This document shows, piece after piece, positions 11,943 through 23,749 of a DNA stretch of 64,000 nucleotides; position 1 is the first letter of the stretch, and the number at the start of each line of letters is the position of its first letter. The notes beneath the pieces are model-generated. The model searched no databases. It saw only the letters and a list, made by a program, of their open reading frames with translations, and was not told where the DNA came from. The DNA is from Octopus sinensis (lineage: Eukaryota), in the NCBI RefSeq assembly GCF_006345805.1, contig NC_043001.1, positions 54,994,001 through 55,058,000 of the forward strand. Direction: 5' to 3'. The position numbers and the translations under genes were made by a program.

Positions 11943-14588
11943 TACGATAGGTATTTCACAAAATAAGGGTTGATCTGTTGAGAATTCCATGTGTCAATAA
12001 TTGCTCAGTTTTGCTTTTCACTAAGCCACGCACTTTCACCGTGTATACGTAGTTTGTGATTATTGGTGTCCTTCGCCCTTTCTCTCTCTTCCATCCTCTG
12101 TCTCACGATATTCGTCCCTCATATCCACACTGACATACAAATACGTACAACGTACGTATGCATGTACCTCCATATCACCCATCCTTCCTTTGGCACGTAC
12201 ACACCCGCTTAGTATGGATTTTCTAGAAGTTAATTTCAGTTGTCCCCATAAATCTCTTGAATTTTCCTATATCGTTTTCTCTCCTCCCCTTTACCTTACT
12301 TCCTCTCATATCTTCCTTTATACATTCAGATATGTACCGCAGGTACTTAAAATATTTACTTTACCAACATCAAAAACACGAAACGCGGAGCTCACTCAAG
12401 TCAACCACTTTTCTCTGAATATGTATGTCCTTCCTTACTTCTCTCATAAGATCCAGACAATTTCAGGCTGACCACTGTATAGCCATGCGTGCTAGAGTGT
12501 GTGCGTCGTCCAGAGCAGCCCTAAAGTTTGCCACCTCATCCCCGGCTCCTAAGCCACCACAATCAGACCCAAGTGTGTCATTCCCATAAAAGCCCCACTC
12601 GGAGTAAAAGGTACCCCCTCACTCCATAAATTTTCATTCGAATATGTCGCTTGTAATTCTATTATTTTTTCTTTTCATTTTATCTTAACACAAATACCCG
12701 GCCTTTCCAAGGTTTATTCTAATTTATACCTAAAACAAATATATTTGAGATAAATTGTTTTAAACTTTATAAAAATGCGCAAAAGACGTAGAAGCTAACA
12801 CAAACTGTTATTCCCATGTATCTTATTTTATATTAAAAACTACAGTGCTAATTTAAATGATTAGTCTAGATTAGTTATATTTCTATATTTGGGAGGCATA
12901 CAATATTCTTAGCTTTCCAAATACAGGAAAGTATTTCAAAATGATAGCTAGCATGCGTATACCTATGCACAATTTCAGTTAGCCACAAAATTGGTGTACA
13001 ACATGGAACAGAGACAGACATACATTCAATTGTATTTTAAGAAAAATAATTCGGAGAAGTTTAGTTTAGAAAGTAGATACAAGATTAAACACGGTGTTGT
13101 ACTTTGTTCATCTCCCTGCTGTTGTAATCGTTTTTAACAGACACAAGAGCACAAAGATCCATATGAGCGGTCAGGGAAATGTAACCGATTACATATTAGT
13201 TTTGAATTTATCAACAAGGCCAGATTTAAACCTGCTGTGGGAGGGGGGTCACTTCAAATTAGAATCCAAGACACAAATCAAATTTACATTTTAAAACCCA
13301 TTTATTACATGTTATTGAAACTGGGCAAGTTTAAAATGCATCTGTCAATGCAAAAAATTATCAGCTAAAATGAGTACAAGTTTTACGCCCTGCTTCCTAC
13401 TATATACTATTATGTCACCAACATAATTCTTTCTTTTTTGCTAGGCATCTGAAAAACTAATGATTTCCTCAAATTGTATCATTTACATCCAAAAAGACAG
13501 AGCACTTCGTCTTTCATGCGTCATCGTGTTTCTCTGATAATCCTGTATCATACCCAATTTACTGAATGACATTTTTCCTGAACAGCTAGTGACCACCAAG
13601 CTTAAATATATTCTAAGAACTACATCAAAACTATGAAAGGTATCAAGCAAGCCCTTTCATTATGGATTAACAATGCCTGTTGAGATGGAGTGAGACATGA
13701 TCTGAACTTACAAAGGGCTGCAAACTGCATAATTTCGTCTCCAAACACATTAGTAAAACCATAAGGAAAAAAAGCTTCAGTTCTTACCCTTGCATTAGAT
13801 AAACTGCTAAAGCTGGCGTTAAGCTTGTACCGATTGATAGTCTACTCTATCTTTCGTGAGGCAACAAACAACGGATTTAAAGATGACAGTGAAAGTCTCG
13901 CATTTGAATTTTGTCTTGCAGAAAGAACTTCCTTCGAGGCTAATGCTGGATTTACAATAGATTTGTTTTTCTTTGGCCTATCTGTTGTTTCTGTATAGCC
14001 TGTATTTCCTCACATCTTCCTGGAACCCGTTTCCAAATCTTCATACCTATCCTGAAGCGATTTCGGAAAGTTTTCCAAAGATCCACCACTTAATACAAAT
14101 CAACTCCTTGAAAAGTTTTATTTGTACTGTTAAACCATACAAGACATATTCCAGATCTTAGTCATCAGAGCAGTCAATACAATCCATTTTGTCTGCCTAT
14201 ATCTGATCCTATTATACTTCAAGGGTTTGTTCCAGATCATATCTCGAGCACATTTTGAATGCTTACATATCCTCTCAATGAGCTATATGTGAGAGGCGGT
14301 GAGATATCTTTTTTACGAAAGTGGAAATGGTATTAAAAACAGCCAAATTTATATCTCCCTGTAAGTAACAACACAACAATAACAACAAATCGAAATACGT
14401 TGAAAAAAAGTACAATGACAATTTAATTTTTTCTTAATTAAAACAAATTCTAATGCATCCACAAATGCGAACAGAAAAATAGCATGAAAGATTAAATTCG
14501 AAAATTTAAGGCTTTAGAAAAATCTAAGTGAAATATCAGTGAAAATTAAACTAACAATAATTGGGAATGCACAAAATAACTTGATTAC

Positions 14589-14809
14589 CCCGAATGATTA
14601 AAACAAATAAAATAAAGCATGAAAGTAGGTTATTTATTATAGATTTCTTTTTATTTTCAACAACGTCGTTTAACTCAAAATAGCATCGGAGAAAAGAAAT
14701 CAGGATAGCTAAGTTGCTTTTCATACATTCCCTATTCTTGTTGATTTCAATTTCTTTCACTTTTATATCCCAAAATGAACTCTTCACAAAAACATTGCAA
14801 GAGAACGCG
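14589..14809 (-). CDS. Possible coding exon (AFSCNVFVKSSFWDIKVKEIEI...YFELNDVVENKKKSIINNLLSCFILFVLIIR)
   Basis: Open 221 nt between a strong acceptor (t12-gttcag) and GG|gtaatc; AT-rich, so it could be chance. Confidence 0.2.
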
Positions 14810-15689
14810 CTGAACAAAAAAAAAAAAGACGAAAATAACTCCCACTACATCTTGAAAGTGACTCAGACCAGTGTTTTGGGTGATGTCATTTTGATTGACG
14901 TATTGACCTTAAAAATATAGAATTTTAGAGAAACGACCATGACAAATTTTAGAAAAAAAGAAAGGTTCGGTTTAATGAAAAACAAGATTCACCGTCATAT
15001 TCTAAAGCTGAAAAAACTTTTTAGATATTGTGTGAAAGAGATAATTTTATAATTACTACTAAATTATCATTAGAAAGTTAGAATATAGTCGGAAGCTATA
15101 TTCTCGCCTTTTTCTCGTAAATATAACAAACCTATCAAAAGACTGATGTCGAATTGAATAATGAAGTTTTAAGAGTGGCAATACTTGCGTGTACGTGTTT
15201 GAATCGCAAGAAAATTGAAATTTGTAGGCCATGGGAAGAAAAAGAACTGCAACGACTTTGATCGATAGCTAGGTAGGTAGATAAACAGACATAATTAGTA
15301 CTGATTATCATTTATTAGTGTTTCTTTTTTTTTTTTATCAATCCGCTCATTTTATACCGAAGGGAATTTAGCTGCTTTCGGACTAGGTAGTCCATTTACT
15401 CAATCCCAAAGTAAGCTAACTGGAGAATCTTAAGAAAAAAGGAAAAGCTATACAGAGATAAATGTCTATGCATTGTGGAGGTGGGGTCCCTTTTCATGCA
15501 AAAGTTGCCAGAAAGACACCTCGTTAAAAAACTCCACCACCACCGTCACAGAAGGGTGGGACGATATCAGACATGCCCCTTTTGTTCCCCTAAATATTCG
15601 GTTATGTTTAGCAAACCCGAAATTATAAGGGAATTAAATCGTCCCCGTAACATCTGAACTTTTGTCCTTATAATAATTTTATCGGCACA

Positions 15690-16010
15690 AGCATGGGTTG
15701 GTGATTAAGGAATTCACTTGGCAACCATGTGGTTTTTGTTTCAGTACCATTGCACGGCACCTTGAGCCAGTGTCTTCTGCTATAGCCTCGGGCCAACCAA
15801 TGCTTTGTGACTGAAATCAGTTGATGAAACTGTTAAAAGCCAGTAATGTGGGGTGGGGGCGTGCGTGTTCATCGTTTAACAAGTATTAATTCGCATGCAT
15901 TTCTGTAACTCAGTGGCTCGGTAAAAAGAGAAATAGAATACTGGAACCGATTTAATCGAATAAACCCTTCAATGTGACACTCCAAAGTGTCGATAAACAA
16001 GAGTCAAGGA
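15690..16010 (+). mobile_element. SINE family A, degenerate
   Basis: accatgtgg...cagtaccattgcacggcaccttgagc...ctatagcctcgggccaacc. Confidence 0.65.
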
Positions 16011-16694
16011 CAAAATTCAAAAAGGAATGCGGTTTGTATCTTCTGAATTCAGTGTTCAACCCAGAGAACTATACGTTCCTATCATCTGAATAAACGATCC
16101 TGTAAGCCTAAAAATATTTGCAGATAAATGAATTCAATTTCACAGCAGAATGACAATGGTAAATATAGAACAATGATTAAGTAGTAAATGTATATATTGT
16201 AGAACGTATATAATGAATTTGCAGAATATCGAAATATTTTTAGAATAAACCATAATTCAGATATTCATTAATACATTTCGACTGATTCGAACGTGAATCT
16301 ATTAAACGGTGCTGTATTTTGTCTCCAGAGAAGAACATTCAGACTATGTGTTCACAAGTTATTCGATTTGTTGGAGTAAGACGATTCCGAGACAATGCAG
16401 TGTTTCGGTCTGGTTGTGCGGATTCAAAGAAAGAGAAAAAGGCATTCAAATGTTTAATAAAATTATGGTTTTAATAAATTATGATGACCAAGAAGAACGG
16501 ATCTTCGTTTTCTTTTGACCGCTTAAAGATTTTTCCGTTCTCAATGGCTTGTTTTCAGATTGTCCATGCAGATGTAATTATGCATGCTGGTGACGAATGT
16601 TGCATTCATTTTTTCGAAAAGAAAAAAATGAATAAAGATTGAAACATTTGAAGTTAAATATTTTTAGCCAATGAAAGGAGTCCAGTGTCCTCAC

Positions 16695-16746
16695 AAGTAG
16701 AAACTGTTTGCTGCCATGAAAACTGTATCGTAACAATATAAGAAGA
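16695..16746 (-). CDS. Candidate exon (SSYIVTIQFSWQQTVST)
   Basis: Strong acceptor ttttcacag and donor T|gtgagg; in phase with 17089-17248. Confidence 0.25.
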
Positions 16747-16913
16747 CTGTGAAAATTTAATGAAAGCAAACAAAGAAAGGGAGCATTTTCTTTTTTTTTT
16801 TTTTCTGAAAAAAAAAAATTAAAGATAAAGATAAAATAATGAATTTTTTTAACAGCTTTTTTGCTTTCTTGCAGCCACTTTAATATTTATAAATACAATT
16901 AAAATAATATTAC

Positions 16914-16980
16914 CATGGTCACAGCTCTTGCTTTCGACCTGCTGTTAGAAAGAACAGTCGAAGTGAAACGAAAACTTGAA
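16914..16980 (-). other. Candidate small exon ending in a Kozak-context ATG (GTGACCATG|gtaaat); alternative acceptor at 16941
   Basis: Acceptors ttttcttttattgacag and gttctttctaacag; donor gtaaat. Confidence 0.3.
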
Positions 16981-17088
16981 CTGTCAATAAAAGAAAATTA
17001 TGAAATAAAACAATGTAGAGAAACGTTAAGAATTTAAAGAAATTGAGCTATGCACTCCGATATCTTTTCAAAGAAATATGTTTCATAC

Positions 17089-17248
17089 CTGCGGTGCTAC
17101 ATAAACTCGCAGAGATGAGTCCAATATAGAACGATGAGTGTTACAGCGCCGTTCATTTCCTCGCTTAAGACAGGCCCATGTGCTTCCTATTTGTTGAGTA
17201 TGGGTCCAGTCTTGTGAGTTTACAGACTCAGCGCTGTGGTTCACCGTT
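17089..17248 (-). CDS. Candidate exon (TVNHSAESVNSQDWTHTQQIGSTWACLKRGNERRCNTHRSILDSSLRVYVAPQ) or a 5' UTR exon
   Basis: ttttcatag acceptor, CAG|gtatga donor, one fully open frame, GC/CpG above flanks. Confidence 0.35.
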
Positions 17249-18332
17249 CTATGAAAAAATTGGTACATTGGTATCTCAGGAATATTTGAGTATGCACGTC
17301 ACGGGTAAATAGTTGTTAGCAGCAGAACTGATGGACGAATGCAATCTTCGAGTGTGTTACTATCTCGAGAAGGTACGGCGAAAAGAAAAAGTTTTCAAGT
17401 TTCGCGACACACCGCCAAAACCCACTATTCGGGTAGCCTTTATACTCCTTGGAAAGGGTTTCGTCTATTCAGCTATTCTGCCGAGACCTCGAATCTTCAT
17501 TAGATTGCGAAGCAAATCGTGTCGGCAGGCTTCTTTTAAATAATTATTATAATCTACTGCCGCAGTCGCACCAATCCCTAGCTGTCAATTCTTTGACCCA
17601 GTGGAAGTGTTCTCCCTTTCAACCGCGTACCTCTTTTAACAGACAGACTCTCGACTTTCTTACATCTCCAGCATACGCAGCAATGAAATGGAAAAAATGA
17701 TATAGAACAGACAACAAAGAGTTTTGACTCTCGCTGTAAGGAAAGTGGCTTAAAAGTCATTGGATATAAATCATTATGTTAAACGCTTCAAATAATGAAT
17801 GCGGTATTCACCAGCAGTATGCCAATTACCAGTCAAAAGCACATTTTTTTAAAATTTTCAACTTAAAATTTGTGGTTAGAAGAAAAAGAAATCCAAAAGA
17901 ATTTTATGAATGCGAACGGTTTTGTATTATAAAGATGATGAGAGCACAACAAATAAAAATAAAAAGCTTATATTTTGGTAGTGGTGGATGGAATTTGTCA
18001 GTTTCATAGCCATTTATCTAGAGAGAGACGCTGAATCTCGGTCTTAAAAACGCATTTTTAAACGTGTGTAAATATCAAAAAGATGAGTGTTCATTCAGAA
18101 ATTCCCGTCCCCCCACCCTCCGCCAGCTATTAACGTTATCGTTACTGGGTTTATATTTGCACTACTTTCCAATCTCTAATCGGGATTGGGGGATAAAGAC
18201 AAAAAAAAAACCGCTTCAAGTTTCGCCCCACTTTGGGGCAATCTACGTTTTTAACAATAAGAAACACTAATGAACTGACAAGTCGTTTATTGTAAATCTA
18301 GATATATTGCAAAGTGGTTTTAATTATTCTTT

Positions 18333-18610
18333 TGTTTCAGTCATTTGACTGCGGCCATGCTGGAACACCGCCTTTAGTCGAACTAATCGACCCCAGGACA
18401 TTCTCTGTAAACCTAGTACTTATTCTACGGGTTTCTTTTGCCGAATCGCTTAGTTACGGGGACGTAAACACACCAACATCGGTTATCAAGCTATGGTGGG
18501 AGGGACAAATACACACACACACATATATATATACGACGGGCTTCTTTCAGTTTGTCTACCAAATTCACTCAAGGCCTTGGTCGGCCCGATGCTATATTGG
18601 AAGACACTGA
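18333..18610 (-). mobile_element. SINE family A lacking its head
   Basis: cagtcatttgactgcggccatgctgg...ttggtcggcccga. Confidence 0.85.
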
Positions 18611-19299
18611 TAATATTAAAGTTACATTGAATAAAGGATTCACAGTATTTAGTAAAATATTTCACAGTTCAAACTTCACAGGAATTGACTTTGAATCGCG
18701 TTACATACTGACAATGTTTTGTATTCTAGGAAGCCTGGCAGTAACTAACCTCCAGAGACTTGTCCATATCGATACGATTATTGTTCAGTTTAATATCAGT
18801 AAATTGACGACTTCAGTTGCTTGTTCTGCTATAGATAGCAGAACAAATCCCTTCGAATCACAAGTGCCTTAATTAATGTACAATAAGACGGAACCATCAC
18901 TGCTGGCACGCATTTGATCTCATACCTACACAATAATGGTTGACCTGAGACTAAACAACAATGCATGGATCTCGAGTTAGTATTTGAGAAAGAAAGACGT
19001 CAGAAATAACCACATACTGAGTATCAGGTGTCTGTGATTATCTTTAAATTGCTAAGTCAAACATGCTACGCATACCAAGTCAGTATTAACTAAATAAAAT
19101 ATGTGTAAATTTGTTTTATCAGTAATTCAATTTTCATAATCAAGAGAAAAACATTGTAGAAAATTTCGATGTAGCTGGTTCCCGATAGAATAAGTTTTCA
19201 AACTTAGGGTTCGGCATTGAACTGTTACAGTGATGACATCGTGTGCCCAATGATCTTTTACTGGTTACATTCATTGGACTACAATCATGCTTCGGACAC

Positions 19300-19445
19300 T
19301 TGATTATACCGACGTGCATATTTTATAGACCTTCGAAAGAGGAAAAGTAAAATTGACTTTGGCAGGATTTGAACTCGAAACATTAAGTGATGTAACTACT
19401 AAAGAACGCAAGGCATTTAGTCCAACGCTCTAATAATTCTGTCGT
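19300..19445 (-). mobile_element. SINE family C, degenerate
   Basis: ccttcgaaagaggaaaagtaaaattgactttggcaggatttgaactc. Confidence 0.6.
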
Positions 19446-19677
19446 TTATCTTTTTCCAAGTTTTATTTCAGCAACTTTTTGAAAAATAACCTTTCAATAA
19501 AATTAAGATTCAAGATTCCATAGTGAACAACATCATGAAAATGACAAAATACAGATTAACATCTTAAATCATTAACGTTTGAGTATCTAAACGACATTTA
19601 GAAGAATTCTAATTTTTTTTTTAATATATATATATATATCAATCTTTTTAAAAAAACTTCCAAATGATAAATCTGAT

Positions 19678-19889
19678 CTATTTTCCCTTTCTTTGACCAA
19701 CAATATGTATACATTGAGAAATAGTTAGCTGCGAATCACTATAATCTGGCAGTTTTGCTAGCAAAGCTCGAAGAGGGTCCTTGTCGTCGATATCATATTT
19801 AACATGAAGGCGTACCGGTGGAGAGAATTCTACCCATTTCGGGTTTCTGGGAAACATCGGGATAGCAACTTCGGACACCGCCTGAGTTT
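19678..19889 (-). CDS. Candidate exon 3 of an unannotated membrane-protein gene (KTQAVSEVAIPMFPRNPKWVEFSPPVRLHVKYDIDDKDPLRALLAKLPDY...)
   Basis: Acceptor cattaccttcaacag, phase 1 matching the upstream exon, GC-rich open frame to TAG at 19678; an internal donor is not established. Confidence 0.4.
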
Positions 19890-20598
19890 CTGTTGAAGGT
19901 AATGACAATGTATAAGTTAGTCGATATTGTAGAAGTATCAGTTCAAAGTTGATGAGAATTGGTTGTATCTAAATAAAAACGAAATCATTGATAATAATCG
20001 TTTTACAAACAACATTGCTGTCAAGTTTCCTATAAGCTACATTTAGTAAGCATGGCTAATAATTGTGAAATTGTAAGCCTTATACCATAATTCGTGTGTA
20101 AAGTATTAGCTCCGATATCTAAATCGACTACCAGATGTAAAACTTTAAAATACCTTCTGGGCCAGGTTTAAGACAAAAGTGTAAAAGAAAAATTTCGAAC
20201 CGGACTAGAACCCTCATCATTTGGAAACGAAGCGTTTCTTAGAATTTAACAGTATTTTAAGTTTTAACAGAATACGAATTCAATATTTAAATTTTAGTTG
20301 GAAGAGTTTGAAGGTAGTGCGGAGTGTGAAAGTTTTCAAACTGTAACGTATGTCATATAGTGTAGAGCTCAGTATTGTTTGAAATTACTGACATATGTAC
20401 CTTATTGAGTATAGATTGCTTGGGGAATCAAAACCTGGATATTTAGTTTATTGAAGCGAACTCATTTCACTTACATGCGACAAAGTGTTGAACCCAAACT
20501 CCTTATAAGTTTGTGCCCATGTAAAAAAACAAAAATATTTGTATACTCACGAATATTAAATCTGGTACCATATTCTTCAGATTGAACCAGGCACTTAC

Positions 20599-20691
20599 TT
20601 TCCCTGTCGACCAGAGAAGGCTCGATATAAACAAGATAACAGATTAGAAGGTTTTCCGTATTAAATGTCAAAATGTCGGGTGGGGGGAGGC
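20599..20691 (-). CDS. Candidate exon 2 (GLPPPDILTFNTENLLICYLVYIEPSLVDRE)
   Basis: 93 nt, phase 1-1, perfect donor A|gtaagt, weak acceptor (ctcttctaaactgaaag). Confidence 0.4.
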
Positions 20692-22885
20692 CTTTCAGTT
20701 TAGAAGAGATTATTAAATGGTTAACGTTATTTAGAAAAGATCAGTTGCAATAGTGTTAATAGACTTAATATTTAGGAATGCAATCAATGAAGGCTATATG
20801 CCTGACAATACTATATGTTAATTCTTGATACAAGTAATTGTTATTCTAAGTGTAGTTACGCTTCAGATTTATATGAGAGCAGTGTCGATCGACTACTGGG
20901 CATCTATAAACATTACATAATATTTGATTAAAAATGACAAGGATTAAAGAGGTGAAAGTAATTTTCAAAGCCTTCCAAGTCGGAAATAAAACTTTTAAAA
21001 TCTCGTCTTTATCAAATCAAAGCTGACGTATACACACGGCAAAATATATTGAGACAATTCATCTCCAATCCAGCTATGACAATAAGACGGTAAGATATGA
21101 TTTGAAAAAAATGTGGCTTTATTACTTAACAGATGAAGTGATTACGTGCAAGAATCCTGGTTGGCTTCAGATATACCAAAAATACTGTTTACGTATCTGA
21201 CACACCTACCCTTCGGTAGAATTTCCAGCTTCTTTCGGACAGTCGCTGTCACAATATTCCACGTGGTCTGACATGTCATTTAAACTTCCTACTTTACAGG
21301 TTGGATACCTCACTCGCCAATGACTGTCTCATCAATCGAATTGCTGAGTTTTCTTTGAGCATGTATTTATTTTTTTCGCACCTGACAGAGACTAAAGTTT
21401 GTAAATTAATATCATTTCTATAATAATGAGACAACTCTTGCAGTTGTGCAAGTGATGACATTGAGACATTTTTTATTTTCTTAACTTTTTTTTTTGAAAT
21501 TGCCCAGTAGCAATTTCGAATCTTGACTCCATATTTATTTTAAGCATAAGTAATAACATTTAACAGATGATGACGACTGACAAAATGAGTATTTATGAAT
21601 GTAACTTCACAAAACTGAACATTTGTTTAACCTTGTTTTAAAGAGTTTTTAAAACTCGCTAGGAATGCATTTCTTTTGACGAGAAACCCACCAACATTGT
21701 CTTTTGTGAGAAGAAAGAGGAAATATGTTTAGTCCTACTCCTTCCGTGTATATACTTTAATGTGAGGTGCAGTAGCTTCCACCGGGGATTGAAACAACGT
21801 TACAGCATCCAGTACTTGCTACACTTGAAAATACTGAAGTCAAATATAAAATTCGTAAATGGGAAAATATTTGGACGTGTTTATTGCATTTCTTATTCAA
21901 CTCTGTATATTAGAGGATGGAGTGTTTTGTTTTCGTCGATTTAAATTTATACATTTTAACTTATATAATTTAATTTACAATTGATTTGATATTTACTCCT
22001 GATACAAAAATTCATTTATCCTCAAGTCTAGGTTTTATGAAGACATTGCGAATTAAAGAAGCAAGTACTAATATTTAACCAAACCGCAAAGCAACAACCT
22101 TACAGGGAAGATATGTTGATGAAATCGGACCGTATGTAACTAATATTTATTTTGTCAATCAGAAGAAAACTCAGTTCAACTTCTGCATGATTAGAACCTA
22201 GAACATAAAAAGGATAAAACTAAATCTCTTTATCGCAGTCAATTAAACTGTCTCAATATATATTGATGGACACAATGTTTCCTTTTCCTTTGATTGTACC
22301 TTTCTCTCCTATTTAGGTTCGAATTTGTTTAACTAGATCGTCTACCCATGGTCTTTGAGGTATATCAAGTGCTGCAAGAAAATCTAGTACATTACTGGTT
22401 TTTAATTTTTTAAAAGAAATGAAAACCATTTCGATAAACATTGTCATTTCGTATAATTTAATCGTGTATCATTATGAAACTTCAAAATCCAAGTGTTCTT
22501 ATTCCTGTTATGATTTATCCAACTGATTCTGTTTGTCTTGGTTACATATGTTAACACACGTCGATGACCAGTTAAAGATATAGGTTTAACTAATGCATGT
22601 TAATTGTACTCGCTCTTTCCTCTTCAGACTGTAATCTATGTTTGTTTTATCGTTTTTGTTTCTGTAACATCTGTTTGTACTAATATAACCGTAATTGGTA
22701 CATTCTTCACTATTGTTGGCACAACTAAACTCCATCGACCACACTTCAGTATACACCTCTTATTCAATCAAACTTTCCGACAGACGACTCCAATCTGGTT
22801 AAAATTCTCAACTGAAGTAGTTTATTTAACCTATATTGTTAATTCCTTTGAGAAAACGAATGACGTATAATCTCATGTGTCATAC

Positions 22886-23014
22886 CTATCTGTACGGCAG
22901 TTGGTGCAGTCTTTCTGATCTTACCACTATGATATTGCAAGAAATTATTAATAAACCAACACGCTTTAACATAAATTGAAAGCAGAACGGCCACAACCAT
23001 GATCATCACAATGA
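22886..23014 (-). CDS. Candidate exon 1 with a transmembrane helix (IVMIMVVAVLLSIYVKACWFINNFLQYHSGKIRKTAPTAVQI)
   Basis: 129 nt, phase 1-1, strong acceptor tgtgtcttttgccag, donor AG|gtatga, hydrophobic run of about 20 aa. Confidence 0.5.
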
Positions 23015-23119
23015 CTGGCAAAAGACACAGAGCAAGGAACTACGACTTATAAAAGCTTTTTGCATGTATTTATTACTACAACTGACCTAAATAGTTTATC
23101 CTAAATGGGTTTCAAAATT

Positions 23120-23322
23120 CGGTACAAGGCCAGCAATTTCGAGGGAGGAGTAAGTCGGTTACATCGATGCCAATGTTCAACTGGTACTTATTTTATCAAC
23201 CCCGAAAGGATGAAAGTAAAAGCCGACTCCTGCGGCGTTTGAACTCGAACATAAAGTCAGTAGAAATACCACTTAGCATTTCTTTTCCGGTGCGCTAACT
23301 ATTCTGACAGCTCACCACCTTA
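23120..23322 (-). mobile_element. SINE family C
   Basis: caactggtacttattttatcaaccccgaaaggatgaaag...tttgaactc...ctgacagctcaccacc. Confidence 0.8.
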
Positions 23323-23346
23323 ATTTAACTGTTCTATATAAAGAAA

Positions 23347-23749
23347 ATTCGGTACCGGTTTAGAATGTTATCTACATGCCATTGTGATCTACAGCAACTT
23401 AAATCTAGACTAGCTTGTGATCTACATTCAAAATTTTGTTATAAATTTGCAATTATAATTAGAGGCGAGAGTTAAACATTTAAAAAATAAAAGAAAAAGA
23501 AAGATTTTTATTGATTTTTATTTCATACTAGAAACACGAATACTGTGACGATTTGTATACAACACGGATATCATTTAAAAATGCAATAAAAAGATTTTGC
23601 TCCTTTGATCTTAAAATCTTCCAACAAATGAAATCTAAATGAGATTGAAAGTCTGTGCAGATCACAAACTATACCATTTGAACTAATGTAGATCACAAGC
23701 AGAAACATGTGTAAATTTATATAGATCACATACTACATCGGCACTGGAT
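23347..23749. mobile_element. Unclassified MITE-like element with ~30-bp imperfect TIRs and repeated subterminal TGTGATCTACA motifs
   Basis: gcttgtgatctacatt (left) is the exact reverse complement of aatgtagatcacaagc (right); termini match at 22 of 30 positions by eye. Confidence 0.65.

Noticed and set aside
13640-14100. Long same-frame minus-strand stretch (GNTGYTETT...AFFPYGFTNVFGDEIMQFAAL) with gtaag donors
   Set aside because: Interrupted by in-frame stops, no convincing acceptor and no recognisable family.
16330-16475. Plus-strand exon candidate after tttgtctccag (KNIQTMCSQVIRFVGVRRFRD...)
   Set aside because: Single short frame with no partner exons or recognisable motif.
18821-18846. 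Perfect 11-bp hairpin ttgttctgcta-taga-tagcagaacaa
   Set aside because: Too short for a miRNA, lacks the downstream CTRR of a Helitron end, and is plausible by chance.
20581-20664. Alternative plus-strand reading IEPGTYFPCRPEKARYKQDNRLEGFPY after ttcttcag
   Set aside because: Ends in a stop with no good donor; the minus-strand model has a perfect donor and phase-matched neighbours. Not fully excluded.
21130-21400. GC-richer island with possible exons on either strand (EVITCKNPGWLQIY...; MSDHVEYCDSDCPKEAGNSTEG)
   Set aside because: Short frames whose phases do not fit the neighbouring candidate exons.
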